This document shows, piece after piece, positions 7,938 to 17,191 of a stretch of DNA of 64,000 bases. This DNA comes from an uncultured Bacilli bacterium (GTDB lineage: Bacteria > Bacillota_I > Bacilli_A > RF39 > UBA660). The notes under the pieces are model-generated. The model searched no databases, was not told the origin of the DNA, and saw nothing but the letters and a program-made list of their open reading frames with translations. The position numbers and the translations under genes were made by a program. The stretch is from the NCBI GenBank assembly GCA_947629375.1, contig CANRDN010000002.1:3425-67424 (forward strand). Direction: 5' to 3'. Within the stretch, counting starts at the first letter, position 1. Each line of letters starts with the position of its first letter.

Positions 7938-9717
7938 TTTTAAATCAGAAATAGCTCCTAAAGGATTACAATTTTATCCAAGTGATTTCTTTATAAGTGA
8001 CAAGTATGCTACTATTTTAACTGTCGTATCTTATCCAAAGTTTATTTCACCGGGTTATTTGTCAAATTTAACAAGTATGCCAGGCATTAAAATAGTTATT
8101 AAACATATACCAGTGTCATTCTCAGTAGTTTCTAAAATGCTTAATAAACAAATTGCTGAATTAAAGCAAAAATATGCTGATGAAAGAGATAGAACTATGC
8201 AAGAAAAAATTAGAATGGACTATGAATCTCTTGAATCATTTGTTACTATGATTGCAGCAAATCAAGCTAAAATATTCGATTTTCAAATGCATATTATGAT
8301 AACTGCTGATACAAAGGAAGAATTGGAACTTAAGAAAACAAATGTTAAAAGTTATTTGGAAGCAATGGAAATGAGAGGAGTAGCTTTAAGATTTGAACAA
8401 GAAAAAGCCTTAAAGTCTATGGTGCCAATATTTCCTAAACAGGATATTGAAGATCGTGTGGGAACACCAATCCCATCAGTTACAATTGCAGCTATGTATC
8501 CATTTATCTTCGATAGCGTTAAAGATCCAGGATTAAGTACTCTTCTTGGAGTAGATTTCTCTGGAGGAGTAATCCTATTTAACCAATTTTTATATAAAAT
8601 TAGAAAAGAAAACAATAGAAATAATGCTAACCTGATTCTATTAGGAACTTCAGGTAGTGGTAAATCAACAACTGCTAAATTACTTCTTCGTAATCATATA
8701 AGAAATGGTTGTCAGATTGTAGCGATCGACCCAGAAAATGAACTTGAAGAGATGACTAAAAACTTTGGTGGAGATACAATCGATTTAGGTAGAGGTGGAG
8801 AATTCGGTATGATTAACCCTTTACAGATTGTTATAGATGCTGATGAAGATGAAATTAAACAAGGTTTAGGTTATACAATACTTCCAAGAACTTTACAATT
8901 TTTAAAAGCTTTTATGAAGTATTATGATCCATCTATTGAAGAAGATGTATTAACATTATTCAGCGAAGTAGTTCAAGATACATATCGTCGTTTTGGAATA
9001 GATTTTGATAAAGATTTTTATAACTTTACAGCAGAAGATTATCCAACATTTTCCGATGTTTATGAAACAATAAAAGCAATACTTTTATCAATGACAGATC
9101 ATACTCAAGAGCGTGATATAATGGAGCGTCTTGAATTAAAAATAAGACCTCTTACAAAAGATTTAAAATATTATTTTGATGGTCATACGACAATTACTCA
9201 CGATAGTGATTTTATAGTATTTAACATCAAAGAGTTAATGAATGCAGATGAAAATATTAAAAATGCTTTATTCTTCAATATTTTAAAATATGCTTGGGGA
9301 CTTTGTCTTGATAAAGAAGTTGACACAGTTCTAATGGTTGATGAAGCTCACGTTTTGCTTGGAGACAACAATGCTCTTGGAGCAGATTTCTTAGCTCAAG
9401 TACAGCGTCGTGCTAGAAAATACAATACCGGTACAATTATAATTACGCAACAACCAAGTGACTTTGCTGCACCTGGTGTATTGATGCAAGGAAAAGCAAT
9501 ATTTGACAATGCATCTTACTATATCGTAATGGGACTTAAGAAGCAGGCAACTGAAGATTTAGGATTACTAATTGACTTAAATGATAATGAAAAAGAAAGC
9601 ATTAAGCAGTACAATCAAGGAGAAGCTTTGTTTGTCTGTGGAAATAGAAGAATGAGAATAAATGTTGTAGTTACTCCAGAAGAGTTATCTTCTTTTGGAA
9701 GTGGTGGAGGACTATAA
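7930..9717 (+). CDS. virB4: VirB4 family T4SS ATPase
   Basis: NRNNANLILLGTSGSGKS (Walker A), AIDPENE, LMVDEAH (Walker B), RRARKYN, ITQQPSDF. Probable GTG start at 7930. Confidence 0.9.
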   Translation: MSSFKSEIAPKGLQFYPSDFFISDKYATILTVVSYPKFISPGYLSNLTSMPGIKIVIKHIPVSFSVVSKMLNKQIAELKQKYADERDRTMQEKIRMDYESLESFVTMIAANQAKIFDFQMHIMITADTKEELELKKTNVKSYLEAMEMRGVALRFEQEKALKSMVPIFPKQDIEDRVGTPIPSVTIAAMYPFIFDSVKDPGLSTLLGVDFSGGVILFNQFLYKIRKENNRNNANLILLGTSGSGKSTTAKLLLRNHIRNGCQIVAIDPENELEEMTKNFGGDTIDLGRGGEFGMINPLQIVIDADEDEIKQGLGYTILPRTLQFLKAFMKYYDPSIEEDVLTLFSEVVQDTYRRFGIDFDKDFYNFTAEDYPTFSDVYETIKAILLSMTDHTQERDIMERLELKIRPLTKDLKYYFDGHTTITHDSDFIVFNIKELMNADENIKNALFFNILKYAWGLCLDKEVDTVLMVDEAHVLLGDNNALGADFLAQVQRRARKYNTGTIIITQQPSDFAAPGVLMQGKAIFDNASYYIVMGLKKQATEDLGLLIDLNDNEKESIKQYNQGEALFVCGNRRMRINVVVTPEELSSFGSGGGL

Positions 9718-9721
9718 TTAG

Positions 9722-9744
9722 AGACCAAATATTTGGTCTTTTTT
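9722..9744 (+). terminator. Rho-independent terminator
   Basis: Inverted repeat AGACCAAATATTTGGTCT followed by a T run after virB4. Confidence 0.7.
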
Positions 9745-9787
9745 CTTTAAAAAATTATTAGTATTTATAGGAATAAAAATGATAAAG

Positions 9788-9796
9788 TGTTATAAT
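9788..9796 (+). promoter_or_regulatory. Extended -10 promoter
   Basis: TGtTATAAT upstream of the SpoIID-domain gene. Confidence 0.55.
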
Positions 9797-9833
9797 TAGA
9801 ATAGATTATTAGACATTTTAAGGAAGTGATAAT

Positions 9834-12086
9834 GTGGCATATCAAGCAAGTAATCATAGAAATAACAATAATGGAAACAAACCTGTTAATAATAATCAAC
9901 AGATGAATAGAGGGGGAAACACTTCTAAAGATAATAGCCTTGTAAATAGAAAAGGTTATAATGGTAATGGTTATAAGAATGTTAATAACTATAATAGTAA
10001 GAATACAAATGATTCCCAAATACAAAACACTTTACAAAAAGTAAAAGAAAAACAAAAGAAAACGGCAGCTAAAAAAGCTATTGTCGAGGGAATGAATGCT
10101 TTGGCTCCTGGTGTTGGTGGTGCAGCAGCAGAAGCAGCACTAAAAACTAAACAGGGTGACGAAATCTTAGATGCTTATGCTAAAGGAGATACTCCAGCTG
10201 AAGGAATAAAAAATGTAAAACAAGTATTAGATAGAAAAAAAAGAATAATAAAACTTATTGGACTTGTGCTTTCTTTATTACTTCCTATATTAATATTAGT
10301 TATTTTAGTTTCTGTTATTTTTAAAAATGCCGATAGTCAGATATTTAGTAATGAAAATGGTGGTACTGTCGAATCAGATGATTATGGTTATGATAATCCT
10401 GATACTAATATTTTTGCTAACTATCCTGGGCTTTATGAAAAAATTGAAAGAATTTCTCAAGATGTCAGTGAAGAATATAAATTAGAGATAGATAAATTTT
10501 TAATTGCTGCTACCTTGGTTGCTCCAATAGAAAATGGTCTAATTATACCTGTAAATGATGGCTCTTGTGGTGAAGAAGAGTGCTACTACTTTAATGATGA
10601 ATCACTAACTTGGGATGAATTTTTGGATTCTTGGGGTGATCAATCTGAATTACTTGCTAAAATGCAAATTATGACTTATGTAAACCCTGCATCTAAAATC
10701 AAGGTTTCTTGTGGAGACGAACAGACAATGGAACAATATGCTCAAAACGATTTGGAGATTAACACATTCCCGTGGTATGGATGGTTAAACCCTCTTAACT
10801 GGTTTAGAGGATTTACCGATGCAGTTAAAGCCGAAGTTAACGCAAAATGTATCGATGTACCTAGTGGAAAGTATAAAGTTCCAACCGTATATACTATATC
10901 GACAGAACAAGGAGAATATTACTTAACAAACGATGCAAGTGGTAATTATGATTATGTAAAAGATCCAAATAGTGGAGGAGTATATTTTTGGAATTTAATT
11001 AATAAAAATGGTTTTATCCACGAATACTTAAAGGACTATTTGAGTGCTGAATACAAAGATGATCCAGATAAAAACTACGAAATAAATAAAAAGACAATCG
11101 TTGAAACTGTAAACTATATTTACTCATATTATGAATCAATAAGAAAAGATTGTCTTGGAAATAAAATACTTGAAAGTGAAATTGAAAATATAAATATATA
11201 TAATCCACCTGAAAAACAAAGTAGATATGGTATTCCTGAAAATCAATCAATCAATTTTGAAGATCAATATATTGGTGGAGTTATGCTTGCAGAGTACAAT
11301 ATGGGTGATTTAGAGTCAATGAAGGCTTTTGCCATACTTGCAAGAACAGAAGCTGTTGCAATAGTAGGGTTGGACGGTTCTGGTACTATCGAAAATAGTT
11401 CTAATGATCAAAACTATAGTCCGGATTATTCTCCTGAAAAATATCCAAAAATTGCCGAAGCTGTCGAAGCTACAAGGGGGATGGTCTTATCTAAATTCCA
11501 AGATCCAAAAGTTTGGCATACAGAATACGATGCCTTTTGCCCAATAAAGAACACTCTTGAAGGTGGCTTCTATTACCTTGATGATGATCAACAAAATTTA
11601 CCGATTAATCCTTCTGCTTATGAAGCAATAACAGGAAAAGAATTTATAAGTCCAAATAGTAGATGGTTAGATTGTCCTTGTTTCCAAAATAGTCATTCAA
11701 GACCTCACGACGAGGAAGCTGATGATGAAAACACAAGATATCATACATCAAGCAGTAGTCCTCCAACATATCCTGGTGGAACTCCATCTCAAACAACGAA
11801 AGATGTTTGTTGGACTTATAAAGGACCTGTGACAACAGATGACGGACTTAATAAATTTGCTTGGAAATACAAACCATCGGGTGGTCACGGTCGTGGTGCT
11901 AGTCAATATGGACTTAAATATTTTGAAGCCTTTGGTTATGATCGTGATGCATTACTTAGAATGTTCTTTGAAGGTGGAGTTGTAAGAGTTTTATCAAGTT
12001 CTTTACCTGAAAGAAAATGTGCTGATATTCCTTACTATACTGGTGAGAAAAAAGTCGGTGGCACAGGAACAAGTGGGTCTACCTAA
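9834..12086 (+). CDS. Membrane-anchored SpoIID/LytB-domain peptidoglycan lytic enzyme
   Basis: Asn-rich N-terminus and one TM. SpoIID motifs EDQYIGGVMLAE...ESMKAFAILART, DQNY, AVEATRGMVL and GGHGRGASQYG....GYD...LL..FF. Confidence 0.75.
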   Translation: MAYQASNHRNNNNGNKPVNNNQQMNRGGNTSKDNSLVNRKGYNGNGYKNVNNYNSKNTNDSQIQNTLQKVKEKQKKTAAKKAIVEGMNALAPGVGGAAAEAALKTKQGDEILDAYAKGDTPAEGIKNVKQVLDRKKRIIKLIGLVLSLLLPILILVILVSVIFKNADSQIFSNENGGTVESDDYGYDNPDTNIFANYPGLYEKIERISQDVSEEYKLEIDKFLIAATLVAPIENGLIIPVNDGSCGEEECYYFNDESLTWDEFLDSWGDQSELLAKMQIMTYVNPASKIKVSCGDEQTMEQYAQNDLEINTFPWYGWLNPLNWFRGFTDAVKAEVNAKCIDVPSGKYKVPTVYTISTEQGEYYLTNDASGNYDYVKDPNSGGVYFWNLINKNGFIHEYLKDYLSAEYKDDPDKNYEINKKTIVETVNYIYSYYESIRKDCLGNKILESEIENINIYNPPEKQSRYGIPENQSINFEDQYIGGVMLAEYNMGDLESMKAFAILARTEAVAIVGLDGSGTIENSSNDQNYSPDYSPEKYPKIAEAVEATRGMVLSKFQDPKVWHTEYDAFCPIKNTLEGGFYYLDDDQQNLPINPSAYEAITGKEFISPNSRWLDCPCFQNSHSRPHDEEADDENTRYHTSSSSPPTYPGGTPSQTTKDVCWTYKGPVTTDDGLNKFAWKYKPSGGHGRGASQYGLKYFEAFGYDRDALLRMFFEGGVVRVLSSSLPERKCADIPYYTGEKKVGGTGTSGST

Positions 12087-12861
12087 CACAGATAGTTATA
12101 CGGATGTTGTCGGTGGAACAGCATTAAATAAACCTTTAACTGAAGCATTAGCAGATAATGGATACACTGTTAGTGACCTTAACAATTGTATTGGCTCACG
12201 AGTTAATAGTGCTGGTTATGGTACTAGAAATGGTGTTGTGCAAGCTGGTGTTGGGTTACTAGAATGCACGATGGATATGACTGGAGGTTACACTTATCCA
12301 TATGACCACCGTGGCGGTTATGTTGGTGGTAACTATAACCCCGATATTCAAGGAAAACTTGGTGTAAATAGCAAATGGGGAGAATATGCAAGTTATGCTA
12401 CCGGATGCTCTAGTAGTAACTGTCGTCTTGGACTTAATTGTGCTAACTTTGTTAGATGGTCTATGTGTAATGGTGGAATGGATTTATGCAGTAAAGGAAG
12501 TACCTTTGCTACAGGAATGGCTGGATATAATTCCAGTGAAGATTACTTTCCTGGAGCAACGCGTGTTAAATTAACCCCATCATTCAGTGTTTTAAGTGGT
12601 TCTATAAGAGTATCATCGAAGGAGGAAGCAATAGATATGATTCAACCTGGAGATGTACTATATTCCGACCATAATGGTGGAGGCAACCACGTAATGTTAA
12701 TAGTGGGTGTAGATAATAATTCCATTACAATTGCTGAAAACGGAAGAAAAACAAGAAAAATATCAAAGAGTGATTTATCATCAAATTCAATGACTTATGT
12801 AGTATTACTTTTAGATGATTATTATGCTAATAGTGCAAATGTAAATTCACTTAGTTGGTAG
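12019..12861 (+). CDS. NlpC/P60- or CHAP-like cysteine peptidase domain; probably the frameshifted C-terminal part of the upstream gene
   Basis: GLNCANFVRW (catalytic Cys), IQPGDVL...NHVMLI (catalytic His), IAE. No RBS or signal peptide at the called start; overlaps the upstream ORF in the +1 frame. Confidence 0.65.
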   Translation: MLIFLTILVRKKSVAQEQVGLPNTDSYTDVVGGTALNKPLTEALADNGYTVSDLNNCIGSRVNSAGYGTRNGVVQAGVGLLECTMDMTGGYTYPYDHRGGYVGGNYNPDIQGKLGVNSKWGEYASYATGCSSSNCRLGLNCANFVRWSMCNGGMDLCSKGSTFATGMAGYNSSEDYFPGATRVKLTPSFSVLSGSIRVSSKEEAIDMIQPGDVLYSDHNGGGNHVMLIVGVDNNSITIAENGRKTRKISKSDLSSNSMTYVVLLLDDYYANSANVNSLSW

Positions 12862-12871
12862 GGGAGATAAA

Positions 12872-13597
12872 ATGATTAAAAAAATAATTTTTGGATTATT
12901 TCCTGTGATTTTTTTGACAGGGTTTACGATAACATATGATGTAGAAATTGAAGATGGTAAAGTAAACGAAAAGCTTACTGTTATTGAAGAAGATGTAAAT
13001 CTTGCTAAAGAAGAAAATGAAGTTGGAGAAAGTTTTGAAGATATATCTAAAATGTATGGTTCTTCTTATGATTTATACACTAGTTTCTATAACTTATATG
13101 CCGATAATCCTGATATTTCAGAATGTATAAGTAACTGTTCTATTTATGATAAAGAATACATTGATGATGGTAATAGAGTTGGATTTATATTAAGTCATAC
13201 TTTTTCTTTTAAAGATTATGGGGATTCATCTCTTGCCAATGAAATAATACCTGGTTTTCAGACAATTTTAGATGATAAAACATTACAAATTAAGAGTGGA
13301 TCTTCGTGGAATTTTGTCAATGGTTATGACAACTTAGAAAAATTAGAAATAAACCTTAAAACAACATATGAAGTTGACAAAGTAAATGGTAAAAAGAAAA
13401 GCAACAAGTATACTTGGACAATTAATAGAGATAGTACTCAAAATATAATTCCATTATCTATTGTTTTAAATATAAAAAATGAGGATAATAAAGAAAGCAA
13501 TGTTCCTCTTTGGCTTATAATTTTACTCTTGGTTTTAGTTTTGGGAATTATAATATATTATTTCTTCCAAAAGAGAAAACAAGAAAATAGTATATAG
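12872..13597 (+). CDS. Exported protein with C-terminal membrane anchor (LppM/DUF3153-like layout)
   Basis: Signal-like N-terminus ending LTGF, beta-rich body, YTW motif, C-terminal TM plus basic tail. Confidence 0.45.
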   Translation: MIKKIIFGLFPVIFLTGFTITYDVEIEDGKVNEKLTVIEEDVNLAKEENEVGESFEDISKMYGSSYDLYTSFYNLYADNPDISECISNCSIYDKEYIDDGNRVGFILSHTFSFKDYGDSSLANEIIPGFQTILDDKTLQIKSGSSWNFVNGYDNLEKLEINLKTTYEVDKVNGKKKSNKYTWTINRDSTQNIIPLSIVLNIKNEDNKESNVPLWLIILLLVLVLGIIIYYFFQKRKQENSI

Positions 13598-13607
13598 TCC
13601 ATATTTA

Positions 13608-13636
13608 TTGAAAAATATAGACTTTTATGTTATTAT
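13608..13636 (+). promoter_or_regulatory. sigma-A promoter of the virD4-holA transcription unit
   Basis: TTGAAA (13608-13613), 17 bp, TGt-TATTAT (13631-13636). Confidence 0.6.
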
Positions 13637-13664
13637 TTAAATTGATTTAAGGATGTGACTTTTT

Positions 13665-16088
13665 ATGAAATTAAAATTTGTAGCATCAACAAGAGATGTA
13701 GTTATATTTCTTATTTTTGCTTTGTTTTTGTTATATGTTGTAGCATTAGGAGTTCTTAATATTCCAACTTTAGCAAGCAATGGAACTTTTTATGGACTTT
13801 CACCATTTGAAGCATTCACCCCAAGATATCTTCATTATACAATTATATTTTATATAATTGCTCTTGGTGGTTTGATTTTAAGTGTACATTCTTATTTCTT
13901 TGAATTTGGAGAAGGTATAGGAATTAAAATTGGAGATAAATCAGGTGGTGGTTACAGTGATTGGGCAAAAGCAAAAGATATTAAAAACGATCCTGATGTA
14001 AAAATGGTTTCAGCATCTGCTATGAAGTCAGACTATGCAGGAGTTCCTTTAATTAGTAATGGTAGAGAATTATGGGTAGACAATGGAGAATATCATACAT
14101 TGGTTATCGGAGCTACTGGTTCAGGTAAAACTCAAGATACAATTTTACCAACAATTAAAATACTAGCTAAAAAAGGTGAATCAGTTGTTGTTACTGACCC
14201 AAAAGGTGAGATTTATGAGAAAGCCGGAGGGCTATTAAAGAAAAGAGGATACAATATTATTGTATTAAACTTCCGTAATCCTCAAAATGGTAACTCTTGG
14301 AACCCACTAGAACTTCCATATAGATTATACAAAAATGGTAATCAAGATAAAGCAATAGAGTTACTTGATGACCTTGCATTAAATATCCTATATGATGAAA
14401 CAAACGCTAATAGTGATCCGTTCTGGGAAAAAACAGCAGCAGACTATTTTTCAGGTATTGCTCTTGCAATGTTTGAAGATACTACAGAAGATAAAATCAA
14501 CATTAACAGTATAAATATGACTGCCACTGTTGGAGAAGATAAAATAGGTGGATCAACATATATAAAAGAATATTTTAGTTTCAAAGATCCAGCAAGTGCT
14601 GCTTATGTTAACGCAAGTGGTACAGTTATGGCACCTAGTGATACTAAAGGTGGTATTATATCTGTATTTAAACAAAAAGTTAAATTATTCGCATCTCGTG
14701 AAAACTTATCAGAAATGTTAAGTTATAGTGATTTCAAACTTGATTCAATTGGAAAACAACCAACAGCAGTATTTATAATCATTCACGATGAAAAGAAAAC
14801 ATATCACTCACTTGCGACAATACTTATTAAACAAATTTATGAAACTTTAATCGATGTTGCTCAAGAAAATGGTGGAAAATTACCAATAAGAACAAATTTC
14901 TTACTTGATGAGTTTGCCAATATGCCACCACTTAAGGATGTAACAACGATGATTACAGCAGCTCGTTCAAGACAGATAAGATTTACAATGATTATTCAGA
15001 ACTTTGCTCAGTTAAATAAAGTATATGGTAAAGATGATGCCGAAACAATTAAAGGTAACTGTGGAAACATAATTTATTTGATTTCTAAAGAGTTAGCAGC
15101 CCTTGAAGAAATAAGTAAACTTTGTGGAGAAAAGAAGTCTAAAAAAGATGATAAGACAGCTTCCACACCACTTGTTACAGTAAGTGATTTGCAAGTTATG
15201 AAACAATTCGATCATATCCTATTAAGAATGAGAAAAAGACCATTTAAAACATCCTTTACACCAGATTTCAAAACTGATTGGGGTGAAGCAGGAGCAAATA
15301 CAAAAATTGATTATCCTGTAAGAGAAAAAAGACCTGTTGCTATTTTTGATATCAGGGAAATGGTTAAAGCTAAAGTAGAAGAGAGAAAAAATAAAAAAAT
15401 AAACGAAATGATGGCATCAATCGATAATGGAAATCCTATGTCTAGTTCTAGTCCAATGGGTGGAGGAGCAGGCTTCCCACCAATGTTTGGAGGACCAAAA
15501 CCACAGCAAGCTCCAAGTGTTCAACCTAAGAAAGATGACAATCAAATAAATGGTATCTTAAAGATGATTGATGAAAAACTTGCTGAAATAGAAAAAGAAG
15601 AAAAAGAGGCAAAACAAGAAAAAGCACCAAAAACAAAAGAGCCAGTTTATAATAACATCACAGTAAATAATTATGAAAGCAATAAAGCCCCTGAAAAACC
15701 TAAAAATGATATTGAACTATTAGATGATGACTTTTTAATAGATAACTCTGAAATTGAAAGAAAAGTTAATGAAAAATTATCAAATACTGCAATTGAGTCA
15801 CAACAGGAAAAGGAAGAGACTAAAAATTATCAAGAAGTTATTAAACCTAAAGAAGAAGTTAAAGAAAGTAACCCATCTACTCCAAAAGATAGTGATGTCG
15901 AATTATTAAATTTCTTTGATAATGACGATGATGAAGAAGTTTTAGATATGATAGAGAAGGGAATGCCTGAACTTAAAGAAACACAGAAACCTGAAGAGAA
16001 AGTCGGTAATTTCAAACCAACTCCTACAATTAAACTTGATGATGTAGCAGATGATGATAAATTCTTTGATGATTTCTTTGATGATTAA
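13665..16088 (+). CDS. virD4: VirD4/TraG type IV coupling protein with long acidic C-terminal tail
   Basis: Two N-terminal TMs, HTLVIGATGSGKT, VVTDPKGE, SWNPL, DPFW, FLLDEFAN, RSR...IIQN..QL...YG...AETI..NC. Confidence 0.9.
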   Translation: MKLKFVASTRDVVIFLIFALFLLYVVALGVLNIPTLASNGTFYGLSPFEAFTPRYLHYTIIFYIIALGGLILSVHSYFFEFGEGIGIKIGDKSGGGYSDWAKAKDIKNDPDVKMVSASAMKSDYAGVPLISNGRELWVDNGEYHTLVIGATGSGKTQDTILPTIKILAKKGESVVVTDPKGEIYEKAGGLLKKRGYNIIVLNFRNPQNGNSWNPLELPYRLYKNGNQDKAIELLDDLALNILYDETNANSDPFWEKTAADYFSGIALAMFEDTTEDKININSINMTATVGEDKIGGSTYIKEYFSFKDPASAAYVNASGTVMAPSDTKGGIISVFKQKVKLFASRENLSEMLSYSDFKLDSIGKQPTAVFIIIHDEKKTYHSLATILIKQIYETLIDVAQENGGKLPIRTNFLLDEFANMPPLKDVTTMITAARSRQIRFTMIIQNFAQLNKVYGKDDAETIKGNCGNIIYLISKELAALEEISKLCGEKKSKKDDKTASTPLVTVSDLQVMKQFDHILLRMRKRPFKTSFTPDFKTDWGEAGANTKIDYPVREKRPVAIFDIREMVKAKVEERKNKKINEMMASIDNGNPMSSSSPMGGGAGFPPMFGGPKPQQAPSVQPKKDDNQINGILKMIDEKLAEIEKEEKEAKQEKAPKTKEPVYNNITVNNYESNKAPEKPKNDIELLDDDFLIDNSEIERKVNEKLSNTAIESQQEKEETKNYQEVIKPKEEVKESNPSTPKDSDVELLNFFDNDDDEEVLDMIEKGMPELKETQKPEEKVGNFKPTPTIKLDDVADDDKFFDDFFDD

Positions 16089-16113
16089 TATTGTTAGGAA
16101 AGAGGAATGATAT

Positions 16114-16737
16114 ATGAAAAAAACAATAATTATATTAGCAATGTTATCAGTTCTTTTACCTATAAGAATAAATGCTCTTGAATCTTCTGAAATTACAAGT
16201 GATACAGTAACTTTAAGTAAATGTGTAGATGGTAATTCGGCAAGATTTATGTTAGGACTTTCCGAGATTAAAGTTAAATTTTTAGGTATTGATGTCGAAG
16301 AAAAAATAAAATACAAAAGTACTGGACAAATTGATGAAAACTACATAAGTAATTATGTATGTGAAGCTTTAACGAGTGCTAAAAAAATTACAATTGAATA
16401 CGAACCAGGAATTGAAAAAGAAGATAAATATGGTAGAATTCAAGCTTGGGTAATCATCGATGATGAACTTTTACAAGAAGACTTATTAAAAAATGGTTAT
16501 GCTAAAGTAATGTACTTAAATGATGAATATACTTACAAAGATGAAATAAAAGAGGCTCAAGATTATGCTCAAGAAAACAGATTAGGTATTTGGGAAGATG
16601 AGCAAGTAGAAAAGGAAAATAAAGAAACTAAAGAGAAAAATTCAAAAGGATTTTTTGAAACAATATTTGACTTTATTGGAGATTTATTTCAAAAAATATT
16701 AGATTTTATAGATGATTTAATCAGTGATATTTTTTAG
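16114..16737 (+). CDS. Secreted thermonuclease (SNase) family protein with substituted catalytic residues
   Basis: Signal peptide; CVDGNS, KVKFLGIDVEE, DKYGRIQAWV, LL..GYA, AQ..A....LGIW; amphipathic C-terminal helix. Confidence 0.8.
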   Translation: MKKTIIILAMLSVLLPIRINALESSEITSDTVTLSKCVDGNSARFMLGLSEIKVKFLGIDVEEKIKYKSTGQIDENYISNYVCEALTSAKKITIEYEPGIEKEDKYGRIQAWVIIDDELLQEDLLKNGYAKVMYLNDEYTYKDEIKEAQDYAQENRLGIWEDEQVEKENKETKEKNSKGFFETIFDFIGDLFQKILDFIDDLISDIF

Positions 16738-16753
16738 ATTAGGAGGTAGTTAA

Positions 16754-17191
16754 ATGGACCTATTAAAAGAATTAAAAAAATTCAAAAAAAGACACCCTTT
16801 AACTATTGCGTGGAGATTAAAAAGTAATGTTGGAATTGTTGAAAAACATCTCAACGACGATGAAAAAGTAGAATACATTTTTGCTGGTCAAAAAACTAAT
16901 CTTTCATATGATTTCTTTTCCACAGCAGTTGTTGCTATAACAAATAAAAGAATTTTGGTAGGTAGAAAAAGAGTGTTCTTTGGGTATGCTCTCGATTCTA
17001 TTATGCCATATATGTACAATGACTTAAATATAAGAGCAGGAATCTTTTGGGGAAAAGTAGTAATTGATACTGCCAAAGAAGTAGTGATAATTAGTAAAAT
17101 TGATAAATCTGCTTTAGATGAGATAGAAACAGCAATAAGTAAAACAATGATAAAATTAAAAAAGGAATATAGTAGTGAATCAAAAAAATAA
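16754..17191 (+). CDS. Bacterial PH-domain protein
   Basis: LNDDEKVEY...VVAITNKRIL..RKRVFFG...GIFWGKVVI, a YokE/bPH-like pattern. Confidence 0.7.
   Translation: MDLLKELKKFKKRHPLTIAWRLKSNVGIVEKHLNDDEKVEYIFAGQKTNLSYDFFSTAVVAITNKRILVGRKRVFFGYALDSIMPYMYNDLNIRAGIFWGKVVIDTAKEVVIISKIDKSALDEIETAISKTMIKLKKEYSSESKK

Noticed and set aside
12047-12054. Programmed -1 frameshift at GAAAAAAG
   Set aside because: The A-run is phased GAG AAA AAA GTC rather than A AAA AAG, and the downstream ORF is in the +1 frame, not -1.
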